DNA from: Planctomycetota bacterium
GTDB lineage: Bacteria; Planctomycetota; Phycisphaerae; FEN-1346
NCBI GenBank assembly: GCA_030602705.1
Contig: JAUVZF010000005.1
Span: 2,663-66,662, forward strand
Direction: 5' to 3'
Length of the DNA stretch: 64,000 bases
The position numbers and the translations under genes were made by a program. Below, piece by piece: positions 11,770 to 20,494 of the stretch; the first letter of the stretch is position 1; the number at the start of each line of letters is the position of its first letter. The notes under the pieces were generated by a model that had not been told where the DNA came from, did not search any database, and was given only the letters and a program-made list of their open reading frames with translations.

Positions 11770-14604
11770 CTACGCCTCGGTGTCATACACCCTCAACACC
11801 TCATCCCCGTAGTGGTTGATGACCTTGATGGCGATCTTGCCGGTTTCGGGCGGGTCGAAGGGGCGGCTCACGGTCGAGTAGAGGGCCGACCACGCGCCCT
11901 CGTCGATCTCGGCGCGGAGGGCACGCTTCAGTTTGTCGTAGGGCTCGTCGCCGCCGGTGAAGTAGGCGTGGCGGACGAAGAATGACTCGCCGTTGTAGTT
12001 CGTGTCAATGAACCAGCACGCGATGTCGTCGGTCGAGTTCGAGCGGATCTCGCCCGTCGTCGGGTCGTAGATGTCCACGCCCTTGATCTCGACCGTCAGT
12101 TTCCCGTCCTTGGCCTTTTTGACCTCCAGGTCCGGCTCGCCGAAGACCATGAACAGGTTCCCGGCCCCGGTACGCTTGAGGAACTCATCGCCCATCGCCA
12201 GGTCAGCGTTCATACGGCAGGGAAGGACCACAAGTTCCCCGTACCGCTTCGCCTCCTCCGAGACGTGCGGATCGAAGGCGAGGCCGCAGACGATGAGCAC
12301 GTCGAACCCGACGCCCTGCACAGCCTCCTTGGCCGCCTCCTTGATGAGTTCCGGCCCGACCGTGCCGTATTCGGGGCCAATCGAAATGGCCGCGCGCCGC
12401 TCCGTGCCGTCTTTCTCGGTGTAGCGGCCCTCGCCGTGAATCCACACGCCGGGGTACGGGTCGAGTGTGTCAAACTTCAGGCGTTCGTTCTTGATCGTGT
12501 TCTGGACGCCGGCCTTCTTGAGGTTCTCAAGGATGATGTTGCCGAACTCGTTGGGTCCGCGCGTATCGACGGTGACGCCGATCTCCGGCATGCCCTTCTC
12601 GGCCCGCTCCTTCTTCTCTTGGGCGCTGATGGTGCGGTGGGGCGAGAGGCTTTCGACGGTCAACGGCCCGCTCACGCGCACGCGCTTCGTGTCCTCATAG
12701 GGCTGGTCGTAGAGGATCTCGGTGTCACTGGCGCGGGCGATGGAGGCGTCGATCTCGTCCTGGCGTTTCCGCCGCAGCCGCCACCACTCGGCCAGGAGGT
12801 CCTTGGCCTTCTTGGGCCACTCCTTGTCCGCCGTGCGCGGCACCTCCCATTCCTGCCACTTCTTTTTGAGCAGGCTATTGAGTTCCTTTCTGAGTGGTTC
12901 CAGGCGCTCCTCGTACCTGGCGTGGATATCGTTGATCTCCTCGTTGTTGGCGATGGACTTGAGCGTGACGTGCGGCACGCGCTTGTAAACAAAGCCCATC
13001 TTGATGTCGCCTTGGGGCGTTGCCATCGAGGGCGGGCGGCCGGTGACTTCGGCCTCCTTCTTGATGCCTTCGGGCGAGTCGGCGAGGAGATAGTACGGAT
13101 ACCGTGCGGCCATCAGGCGCGTCCGCGCCAGAGCCAGGGCCACGCGGCTCGTGTCGATGGTGATCCAGCGCCGGCCCCACTGTTCGGCAACGTAGGCCGT
13201 CGTTCCACTGCCGCATGTGGGATCGAGAACCAAGTCGCCTGGGTCTGTCGTCATGAGCACGCACCGCTCGATAACCCGGCGTGCCGTTTGCACCACGTAG
13301 ACCTTCCCAGAGGCCGGGGCTGTGTACGCCCATATGTTGTGAATGGGCGAGACGGGGTAGTCAGAGAGTTTCAGCACGTAGCGAACGGTGTTCCCGCCCG
13401 CGTAGGGTTCGAGCCGCTCTGCCCAGTCAAGCCTCCTCATCCCCTCTATGGGGCTCTTCCACGAGCGTCCGGTGGGGGGCCTGTAAGTCCTGCCTCGGCA
13501 GTCGAAGGCGTAGATCCCCGTGTCAAACGGCCCGGCCGGATATAGAGAAGCCAACTGGTAGATCTCCGCCTCGGCTGGGATTTTCTTGGGATCGTTGATC
13601 TGCTCGCGGGCCAGGGCGTGTCTGGTTCCGTCCGGGAGCATGTACTTGTTCCAATGGGAGTCGCCAGCCGTCTCCGTCTGCTCATACAGCCGCCTGAACT
13701 TGGCTGCTCCCTTGTCCTTCGCGTACCAGACGATATAGTCGCAGACGCCCTCAAGCATCGTCCCCCCAAGCGTCATGCTCTTGGTACGGTAGGCGATGAG
13801 TTCCACGAAGTTCTCGCAGCCAAAGACCTCATCCATCAGGCAGCGAACCAAGTGGACATTCTCGGTACCGATCTGAACGAAGACGGAGCCCGTTTCCGTC
13901 AGGAGTTCGCGTGCCGTGACCAGCCGGTCACGCCAGTAGGACAAATAGGAGTGGATGCCGAGTTTCCAGGTGTCGCGAAAGGCCCGGATCTGTTCCGGCT
14001 GACGGGTCGCGTCCTCTACCTTGCCGTCCGTCACCCTTCTCTTACGCGTGGAGACCTGCCAGTTCGACTTGAACTGGATGCCGTAGGGCGGGTCGATGTA
14101 GATCATCTGGACCTGCCCTTTGAGACCCTCCTTCTCGACGAGGCTGGTCATCACGAGGAGCGAGTCGCCCAGGATCATCCGGTTCGACCAGTTCGCCTCG
14201 TGCTGGTAGAACTCGATGAGTTGCTCGAAGTCGATGCCGTTGAAATCGGCAAAGAGTTCCAGTTGCTCCTCGGCCGGCTCTCTCTTCGCCTGGGCCCGCA
14301 CGTCCTCGATGATGGCCTGGGGATGAATCTTCTCCTGGATGTAGATCGGGACCGACGGGGCCGTCAGTTCTTCCTGGTCCTGCTCGTCCTTCCCTTTCCA
14401 CACGAGTTGCGGATCGAGCGACGGATCCCGCGCATAGAGGAGGCCGGGGTAGGTGATCTCCTCCGGCCGCGCCTCGTCCTCGGCCACGAAATCCCGCAGT
14501 TCCTCGGTGGGGATGTTCCTGCGCTTGTCCTTGTGCCGGACAGACTCCACCTTCTTCTTCGATCCGGCGCTTCGCTTCCGTCCGCGTGTGCTCTTTTTGG
14601 CCAT
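11770..14604 (-). CDS. N6-adenine-specific DNA methyltransferase, beta-class (Type III Mod-like order), 944 aa, with a ~450-aa C-terminal extension of unknown function.
   Basis: Motif IV IYIDPPYG lies upstream of motif I LDPTCGSGTTAYVAEQ, about 300 aa apart, which is the TRD position in the beta-class arrangement. Basic N-terminus MAKKSTRGRKRSAGSKKK. Confidence 0.8.
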   Translation of the reverse strand: MAKKSTRGRKRSAGSKKKVESVRHKDKRRNIPTEELRDFVAEDEARPEEITYPGLLYARDPSLDPQLVWKGKDEQDQEELTAPSVPIYIQEKIHPQAIIEDVRAQAKREPAEEQLELFADFNGIDFEQLIEFYQHEANWSNRMILGDSLLVMTSLVEKEGLKGQVQMIYIDPPYGIQFKSNWQVSTRKRRVTDGKVEDATRQPEQIRAFRDTWKLGIHSYLSYWRDRLVTARELLTETGSVFVQIGTENVHLVRCLMDEVFGCENFVELIAYRTKSMTLGGTMLEGVCDYIVWYAKDKGAAKFRRLYEQTETAGDSHWNKYMLPDGTRHALAREQINDPKKIPAEAEIYQLASLYPAGPFDTGIYAFDCRGRTYRPPTGRSWKSPIEGMRRLDWAERLEPYAGGNTVRYVLKLSDYPVSPIHNIWAYTAPASGKVYVVQTARRVIERCVLMTTDPGDLVLDPTCGSGTTAYVAEQWGRRWITIDTSRVALALARTRLMAARYPYYLLADSPEGIKKEAEVTGRPPSMATPQGDIKMGFVYKRVPHVTLKSIANNEEINDIHARYEERLEPLRKELNSLLKKKWQEWEVPRTADKEWPKKAKDLLAEWWRLRRKRQDEIDASIARASDTEILYDQPYEDTKRVRVSGPLTVESLSPHRTISAQEKKERAEKGMPEIGVTVDTRGPNEFGNIILENLKKAGVQNTIKNERLKFDTLDPYPGVWIHGEGRYTEKDGTERRAAISIGPEYGTVGPELIKEAAKEAVQGVGFDVLIVCGLAFDPHVSEEAKRYGELVVLPCRMNADLAMGDEFLKRTGAGNLFMVFGEPDLEVKKAKDGKLTVEIKGVDIYDPTTGEIRSNSTDDIACWFIDTNYNGESFFVRHAYFTGGDEPYDKLKRALRAEIDEGAWSALYSTVSRPFDPPETGKIAIKVINHYGDEVLRVYDTEA

Positions 14605-14606
14605 GT

Positions 14607-15149
14607 TTATGCCGCCTCGTTACTCGGTGTCTTGTCAGCCCAGGGAACCTCCACCACAGCACCCAAGCCTCTGCTGACCAGCCTGTTTCCGTAATCCCCG
14701 TGATGATCGAACAGACGCAGAAGGACCATCTCCAAGTACCACAGGCCTAGATTCCAGGCTTCGTAAAACGCCTTCTCGTACTTGCCATACTGCTTGTGTT
14801 CTGGGTGAACGATGGAGTTGCGCACCTCAGTGAGCCCGTCCATCGCATCTCTCCAGTTCCAGCCCTTCTGCAACGCGGTCAATTTGGCCAGGCTCGCAGG
14901 AATGACAGACGGGATATCCAGCGAAGCGAATAACAACCTGAGCCTGTCCGACGCAGTGAGCCTTTTGAACCCGTCCTTCGTGATTAGCCCTCTGTCCTCA
15001 ACGGTGTACGTCCATGACAGGAGCTCCAGGGCCGTCTGAGTTAGGACGATGCCCCCATCGACACCGCGGCGACCGCTGTTGCTCGAAAGATACCAGTAGA
15101 TCGCGGTTTGAGTGGGCCTCCTCCAGACTTCGCTGTTCCACCGAACCAT
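14607..15149 (-). CDS. Hypothetical protein (~180 aa) with an R-x4-H HEPN-like motif, 3 nt upstream of and co-oriented with the methyltransferase.
   Basis: Start taken at MVRWNSEVW; the listed ORF's N-terminal 180 aa look like a non-coding extension. Motif EVRNSIVHPEH. Function not established. Confidence 0.4.
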   Translation of the reverse strand: MVRWNSEVWRRPTQTAIYWYLSSNSGRRGVDGGIVLTQTALELLSWTYTVEDRGLITKDGFKRLTASDRLRLLFASLDIPSVIPASLAKLTALQKGWNWRDAMDGLTEVRNSIVHPEHKQYGKYEKAFYEAWNLGLWYLEMVLLRLFDHHGDYGNRLVSRGLGAVVEVPWADKTPSNEAA

Positions 15150-15310
15150 GAAGCCAGGAAACACTTCCTCGCCTACGTTCACTCGTCTGATAGGCGTGCG
15201 GTTCGCCTGGACGCCGCGGCAGACGTGTGAGAGCAAACCGTATGCGGTCGTCGGCTTGGAGTGATCAGAGGCTTGGGGGGGCGTTCGCCGTCGAGTCCCC
15301 AAGTGCCCGT

Positions 15311-15907
15311 CTATGCGTCCGGAGGGGAACCGCCGGGCAGGCGGGATACGGCGATGTCTTCGGGAAGGCCCTCGTGGACCCGGTGGACGAGTCCGATGAG
15401 CAGGAGGCCCGTCCCGTCGTCCGGCAGCGTCGCGTCGATCCTCTTGCGTATGTATGCATCGCGCCGCTTCAGCAGGTCGTCGGCCTCCTTCTGACAGGCC
15501 TTGCCGGCGGCCCGTTCCTGAGCGGCTGCGGCGAAGACGTTCCGCATGAGTTCGTATTCTTCGAGGAGGAGTTTCGGCGCCTCGGTTCCGACGAGGGTGG
15601 CTCCCTGGTCGACGAGCCAGAGGATCAACTGGTGGTTCCGGCTGTCGCGGCGCGCCAGGTCGGTGACGATCTGGAGTTCTTTGCCACACACAGGGAGACC
15701 GTCCTGGTAAACGTAGGTGCGCGCGTAATCCAGACCGAAGCCGTCAATGCGTTCCCGCAGGTTGCGCCAGAACTGTTCGATGGTCTCGATGTGTTCTTGC
15801 CACTCGCGCTGAGTGTACCTGGAAAGGAACTCAGCCTTGGCCCCCGGCAGGAGCGAACCCATATCGGCCCCCGTGTGGACGATCGGGACGTGGATCAGTC
15901 TTCTCAC
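15311..15907 (-). CDS. Hypothetical protein (198 aa).
   Basis: ORF with high GC3 and no recognisable motifs. Confidence 0.45.
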   Translation of the reverse strand: MRRLIHVPIVHTGADMGSLLPGAKAEFLSRYTQREWQEHIETIEQFWRNLRERIDGFGLDYARTYVYQDGLPVCGKELQIVTDLARRDSRNHQLILWLVDQGATLVGTEAPKLLLEEYELMRNVFAAAAQERAAGKACQKEADDLLKRRDAYIRKRIDATLPDDGTGLLLIGLVHRVHEGLPEDIAVSRLPGGSPPDA

Positions 15908-15929
15908 GGCTCCTCTTTCGAGGGTGGGT

Positions 15930-16595
15930 TCAGGAAGAGACTTCCACCACCTGGCGCCAGCGGTCGCGCACCCTGCTGCGCACTTCCTCCAACTGCTCGA
16001 CGACGTGGAAGATATCCTTCTCTCTAGTCACCCAGCGTGTCGTCAGCGTCTTGACCGCGCTGCGTAGATGTGTAACGGTGGCCTTCTCTCCTTTATCGAG
16101 CAGCCACCGTAACGAAGTCAGCAGTTCGTGCTCCTGGATTTCGAACTTGCGCAAGACGGCGATGACTTCTCGCTCGCGTTGTTTCTGGCGCGTGAGGATA
16201 TCCTCCCGTATCTTACGCAGGTCGGCAAGGTCGCTCGCCTTGCCGCCGGCAAGAATGCGGCGCAGCCGCATGATCACATCTTCGTCTTCCGCGGCGAAGG
16301 CGTCAAGACGTTCCGAGACCTGCTGTTGGCAACGGGCGCGGGTGTCGGCCAGGTCGCGGATGATGCTGTCGAAGTCGCAGCGGCGCAAACTCTGGCCTTT
16401 GGCCATGTTGCGCTGCAGGAGAGCCAACATGTTCTCCACGTCCTGCTGGTACGATCCGACCAGTTCATAGGCCTGCTTCATCATTTGCGAGATCGTCCTG
16501 ACGCGGACCTCGTAGGCGTCAATGACGCTTTCGGCCAAGTCGCGCAGCATCTGGCCCTTCTCCGCGAGGGGACTGGTTCTGTCGTCCGGCATCAC
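15930..16595 (-). CDS. Hypothetical coiled-coil protein (~221 aa).
   Basis: Start at MPDDRTSPL. The ATGA overlap with the upstream gene's stop suggests translational coupling. Heptad-rich and charged throughout. Confidence 0.5.
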   Translation of the reverse strand: MMPDDRTSPLAEKGQMLRDLAESVIDAYEVRVRTISQMMKQAYELVGSYQQDVENMLALLQRNMAKGQSLRRCDFDSIIRDLADTRARCQQQVSERLDAFAAEDEDVIMRLRRILAGGKASDLADLRKIREDILTRQKQREREVIAVLRKFEIQEHELLTSLRWLLDKGEKATVTHLRSAVKTLTTRWVTREKDIFHVVEQLEEVRSRVRDRWRQVVEVSS

Positions 16596-17554
16596 CGTTT
16601 CCCCTGTTCCACAGCCGGGGCCGACCGATCCGGGCCGCCCCAGCACAGTTCAAGGATTCCATTGCGAAACGTCTGCCGGCAGTTCTCCGGCTCCAGGCCG
16701 GGCGGCAGCGGGACCCTTGCGGGCTTTCCGCCACCGTCGGAGGAGATCTCGACCGCTCCCCCGCAAAACGAGACGCTCACGTCGCGTGCCTCGCCACACG
16801 GCAGGCACGCGAGGATTCGGAAGCCATCCGCCTCATGGAAGGTATCGACCGTGACCTCGGGACGCCGCTGTTCCTGGGTGCGCCGGGCTCCGACGAGCCA
16901 CCAACTGTTGGGGACGTTCCGGCCGGTAAGCGCGTCGGTCCGCGCCGGCACAAAAGTGAGCAGGGGGAAGCCGAGCACGTCCTCCGCGACCGGATTGATG
17001 ACCTCCCTGATCTTCAACAGGACGTCCATCTGCGAGGGTATCCGGGCGTGCTGGGCCAGTTCTCCGACGGTTGCGTGGCGTTGCTGCCAGAGGAACCAGA
17101 CGATGCTCTCGGCGTCGGCATCGAGGTGGGAGGCCAGACGTTCGAGAGCGGCCAGGTCGATCGGCGCTGCCAGGTCGGCCAGTCGTTCCCGCACGGCGTG
17201 CAGGTTGGGCGCTGTCAGCCAAAGGCGCGAACGCTTGTGCTTGGCGTGGCCCGAGCGGTAGTCCAGGCACAGGGCTTCTTTCTTTCGGCCCAGAACGGAG
17301 CGGACGCCCTCAATGCGGAGTCCGGCGATGCGATCGGCGGTCAGGTCGAAGACGGGGCGCCCTCCCTGCGTCAGCGTGATCCCGTTCGGCGTCAGGCGGA
17401 TGCGACACGGCCGCCACCCGGAACGCAGCACGGTTTTGAAGGTTGCCCTGGTCTCGAGGACGGCCTCGCGCGCATCGCAAGCCGCTGCGCGGTCGGTGGC
17501 GACCTTCCGCCTCAGCGGCGCGACGGGCGTTTGGATTCCTGATGCCCTCGTCAT
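16592..17554 (-). CDS. Hypothetical protein with a C-terminal Hsp20/alpha-crystallin-like segment.
   Basis: C-terminus ...FHEADGFRILACLPCGEARDVSVSFCGGAVEISSDG...FRNGILELCW resembles the ACD beta-sandwich ending. The N-terminal domain is unknown. Confidence 0.45.
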   Translation of the reverse strand: MTRASGIQTPVAPLRRKVATDRAAACDAREAVLETRATFKTVLRSGWRPCRIRLTPNGITLTQGGRPVFDLTADRIAGLRIEGVRSVLGRKKEALCLDYRSGHAKHKRSRLWLTAPNLHAVRERLADLAAPIDLAALERLASHLDADAESIVWFLWQQRHATVGELAQHARIPSQMDVLLKIREVINPVAEDVLGFPLLTFVPARTDALTGRNVPNSWWLVGARRTQEQRRPEVTVDTFHEADGFRILACLPCGEARDVSVSFCGGAVEISSDGGGKPARVPLPPGLEPENCRQTFRNGILELCWGGPDRSAPAVEQGKR

Positions 17555-17570
17555 GGCAACGGCCCTCTAC

Positions 17571-17822
17571 CTAGAGTTGATCTTTCTGTGGCGCACGAAT
17601 TAAATACAGATCCATCTGGCGCGAGTATTCGAGGAGCCCGTCGTTCTGCATTCTGGTCAAGTGTTTCTCGAGGCGGTCGCGGGCGGCCAGGATTCTCCCT
17701 CCCCGGATGCCTGCTGCCAGGAGCAGGTCCGCCTCGCGAATCCTCAGTTTGCCGCCGGCACGGTGGACCTGTTCATAGATTCCGCGAGCCACCGGCGGCA
17801 AAGCGGATTTGATTCCGGACAT
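17571..17822 (-). CDS. Small hypothetical protein, possibly wHTH-like. It may be the C-terminal part of a longer gene interrupted by an in-frame TAG at 18012-18014.
   Basis: It is in the same frame as the 18012..18311 ORF. The 190-nt gap between them is open in that frame. Confidence 0.3.
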   Translation of the reverse strand: MSGIKSALPPVARGIYEQVHRAGGKLRIREADLLLAAGIRGGRILAARDRLEKHLTRMQNDGLLEYSRQMDLYLIRAPQKDQL

Positions 17823-18011
17823 CTCATACCCGCCAAGTAGTTTCAGAACCTTCAGGGCATCCGCGTCCTGCTCATCGACCTCGCATTGTTGAGCGGCCTG
17901 CTCCTTGTTCCCGGCAATGGCTTTCGCGTAGAGGTCTCGGTCATGTGGGCGCGAATCGAGGAACTGCGATTCGGCCGACCGGATGGTGGAGTTCAGTTCG
18001 GTGATCTCGTC

Positions 18012-18311
18012 CTACATGGCGCAGATTCTGACGGCCTCCTTGCGTGCTCGCGCAATCCAGGTATTCATGGCTGAGGCGAGTTTGGCCTGGCGGCGTCGTT
18101 CTTCAATGTACATTGGGCCCAGTTCCCGTTGGACGGCCTGCATCGCTTCTTGCCAAGTCGCTTCACGGAGCGCCTTCTCCGCCTCCACGATTTGCGCGTC
18201 CAATTGTGCGAGGGTTTGCTTCATATCGACAGATGTGCTCTCTTTTTGCCCTCTCAGCCTCTCGAACTGCGATTTGCGGTCTGCGACCATGTTAGCGGCT
18301 GTTTTCATCAT
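18012..18311 (-). CDS. Small coiled-coil protein (99 aa).
   Basis: ORF only; lower GC3 than the surrounding cluster. Confidence 0.35.
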   Translation of the reverse strand: MMKTAANMVADRKSQFERLRGQKESTSVDMKQTLAQLDAQIVEAEKALREATWQEAMQAVQRELGPMYIEERRRQAKLASAMNTWIARARKEAVRICAM

Positions 18312-18348
18312 GCGCTCCTTTCGTGGTTGATCATGTCTCAGGTCGGCC

Positions 18349-18930
18349 TCAGCGAATTGAGCCGGAGGTCCTATTCTTGAGTTTCCTCATTGCCCTCTGT
18401 CCTTTGGCAGTCAGGCGACAAGCCCCATCGGCCGCCACGTCGATGAAGTCCTGCCGTCCCAAGGAATTGCAGAGCATCCTGGCATAAGCATTGCTGAGGC
18501 CCATTTTCATTCGAACGGTTCCCACCCTGCCGTGGTCGGCGGCGTCGATGATGATCTCGAGCGCCTCCAGTTCGCTTCCGCCAGGGAGGGCTACGCCGCC
18601 CTGGCGGTCGTGTATGTCGCCGATTTCCCATCCGAAGTCGAAGACCCTGGACTGCTCGTGCTTAAGATCCGCCCGGAGTTCGTTGGCCCCCTCAACCGCG
18701 ACGTTCAGTTCCTCGCGGACCGCCGCGATACTGTCCAGTTGACTGTCTATTTCGTCGGCCAGTCTCCGGCACCCGATGTCCGACGCTTCCAAACCCAAGG
18801 CGTCCAGCCTGGCCTGAAGTTTGCGGACCCTCTCTTGCCCGTATCGGATCGTACTTTGGAGGCCCTCTGCGCGAGTGAGAGCATCTTGCAGTTCGTGCCT
18901 CAACCGAGCAATCCTGTCTTGGGTCTGCAT
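18349..18930 (-). CDS. Coiled-coil protein with a C-terminal wHTH of the cluster-specific family.
   Basis: C-terminal LSNAYARMLCNSLGRQDFIDV matches the recurring x-YA(R/E)-x-(I/L)-C-R-x-L motif. Confidence 0.5.
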   Translation of the reverse strand: MQTQDRIARLRHELQDALTRAEGLQSTIRYGQERVRKLQARLDALGLEASDIGCRRLADEIDSQLDSIAAVREELNVAVEGANELRADLKHEQSRVFDFGWEIGDIHDRQGGVALPGGSELEALEIIIDAADHGRVGTVRMKMGLSNAYARMLCNSLGRQDFIDVAADGACRLTAKGQRAMRKLKNRTSGSIR

Positions 18931-18977
18931 GCAGGGCGACTCCTTTGATCAGGCTGAGTGCAAACTTGGTGCCACAC

Positions 18978-19682
18978 TCACACCTTGCTCACCGAAGAGG
19001 CCACGACTCCCTGGCCGTTGCACGTGAGGCAGTGTTGGCGCATGCGGCGTTTGCCGCGGGCCGTTTTCAGCGTATGCCGCCCCGTGCCATCGCAGTCTTG
19101 ACACATCGCGGGGTTCTTGATCGCCGGGACCTCCCCCGTGCCGCCGCAGGCGAGGCAACTCAGGTTGTCCGTATTGTCCGGCTGTATACCTGTCCCCTTG
19201 CAGAAGGCACACTGTGTCATGCCCCGGCGTTTGGTTTTGCGCATGACTGCGGCACGCGCCCTGGCTATCAGACGTTGGCCGTTGCAGACGAGGCAGCGCT
19301 GCCGCACGGGCCTCTTGCCCTTGGCAGTTCGCTTCATCTGATGCCCGGTTCCATCGCACGCCGGACACTTCACCGGGTCCTCGATCACGGGAACCACGCC
19401 TGTGCCACGACAGGCCAGGCAATGGAGGCGGTCCGTCGTGTTGGGTTGGACGCCGGTTCCGTTGCAGAACACGCAGGGCAGGACAGGCTGGTTCGCGTGG
19501 ATTTCTCCGGTTCCGCCGCACACCTGGCAGTTCGACAGAGCGGAAAGGCAGCCGAAAGGATCTTTGCCGGTGCCCCGGCAGAAAGCGCACTTAATCGTGC
19601 CGGTCGTCGGCTTGGGTTTGGCACGGGTTGCAGTTGCGGGGGTTCGTTTGATCTTCTTCCTTTGCAACTTGGCTTTTCCCAT
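18978..19682 (-). CDS. DnaJ-type zinc-finger repeat protein, with about eight CxxCxGxG units.
   Basis: CAFCRGTGKD...CQVCGGTGE...CVFCNGTGV...CLACRGTGV...CPACDGTGH...CLVCNGQ...CAFCKGTGI...CLACGGTGE...CQDCDGTGR. Basic N-terminus. Confidence 0.7.
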   Translation of the reverse strand: MGKAKLQRKKIKRTPATATRAKPKPTTGTIKCAFCRGTGKDPFGCLSALSNCQVCGGTGEIHANQPVLPCVFCNGTGVQPNTTDRLHCLACRGTGVVPVIEDPVKCPACDGTGHQMKRTAKGKRPVRQRCLVCNGQRLIARARAAVMRKTKRRGMTQCAFCKGTGIQPDNTDNLSCLACGGTGEVPAIKNPAMCQDCDGTGRHTLKTARGKRRMRQHCLTCNGQGVVASSVSKV

Positions 19683-19850
19683 CTTGTTTTCCCCTAACTA
19701 TGGGCAGCGCGCCGGCGGATATCTCTGCGAGTCTGCCGCATCGGCGGCGCAATTGATGCTTGAGTCCTGAATTTGGTCTCCGTCGGGCTATGGGGTCCGC
19801 ACCGTTCGCTTTTCAGTCCGCGTGTGCCATCAGTCAGACAACTTGCTCCT

Positions 19851-20303
19851 CTAGCCCGCCACAACTCCCTGGCCTTTGCAGGTGAGGCAGTACTGACGCA
19901 TGCGTCGCTTGCCACGGAACGTCCGCAATGTATGCCGGCCGGTGCCATCGCAATCCGGGCACTTGACCGAGTCCTTGATGGCGGCGACTTCCCCCGCGCC
20001 GCCACAGACCAGACAGTGAAGGCGGTCTGTGGTGTTGGGCTGCACGCCCGTTCCCTTGCAGAATGCACACATGCGCGTGGGCCCCTTGACAGGGCTCTTT
20101 CCGGTTCCGCCGCAGACCTGACAGTTCGACAGGCGGGAAAGCGAACCGAAACGATCCTTGCCCGTGCCCTCGCAAAAAGCGCACACGCCGTTGCCGACCT
20201 TGCGCTTCGGGGCAACAGTGGTTTTGGGTTCAACCCTTGGGTTGCCCTTCTTCCCCTTCGGTGAACTACCCCCTGCGGTCACTTTTGACTTGGCTCTTGG
20301 CAT
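19851..20303 (-). CDS. DnaJ-type zinc-finger repeat protein, paralog of 18978..19682.
   Basis: CAFCEGTGKD, CQVCGGTGKS, CAFCKGTGVQ, CLVCGGAGE, CPDCDGTGRH. About 70% identical to its neighbour over the repeats. Confidence 0.65.
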   Translation of the reverse strand: MPRAKSKVTAGGSSPKGKKGNPRVEPKTTVAPKRKVGNGVCAFCEGTGKDRFGSLSRLSNCQVCGGTGKSPVKGPTRMCAFCKGTGVQPNTTDRLHCLVCGGAGEVAAIKDSVKCPDCDGTGRHTLRTFRGKRRMRQYCLTCKGQGVVAG

Positions 20304-20494
20304 CTATCGGCCTCCTGTTCTGTTGAGCCCAAATTGCCGGCTATCACAAACAACCAATCCGCCGCGCGCCGCTGCAATTCACGTAAGCGCCGGTTCTCGC
20401 AAGAAGGTGCCCCACCCCTCCTGCAGTGGGCTTTTCGTCAGGCTCCGGACGGTCGGCTCCGGCGCTTCAACCTTCTTTCCCAGAGTGCTGCTGT

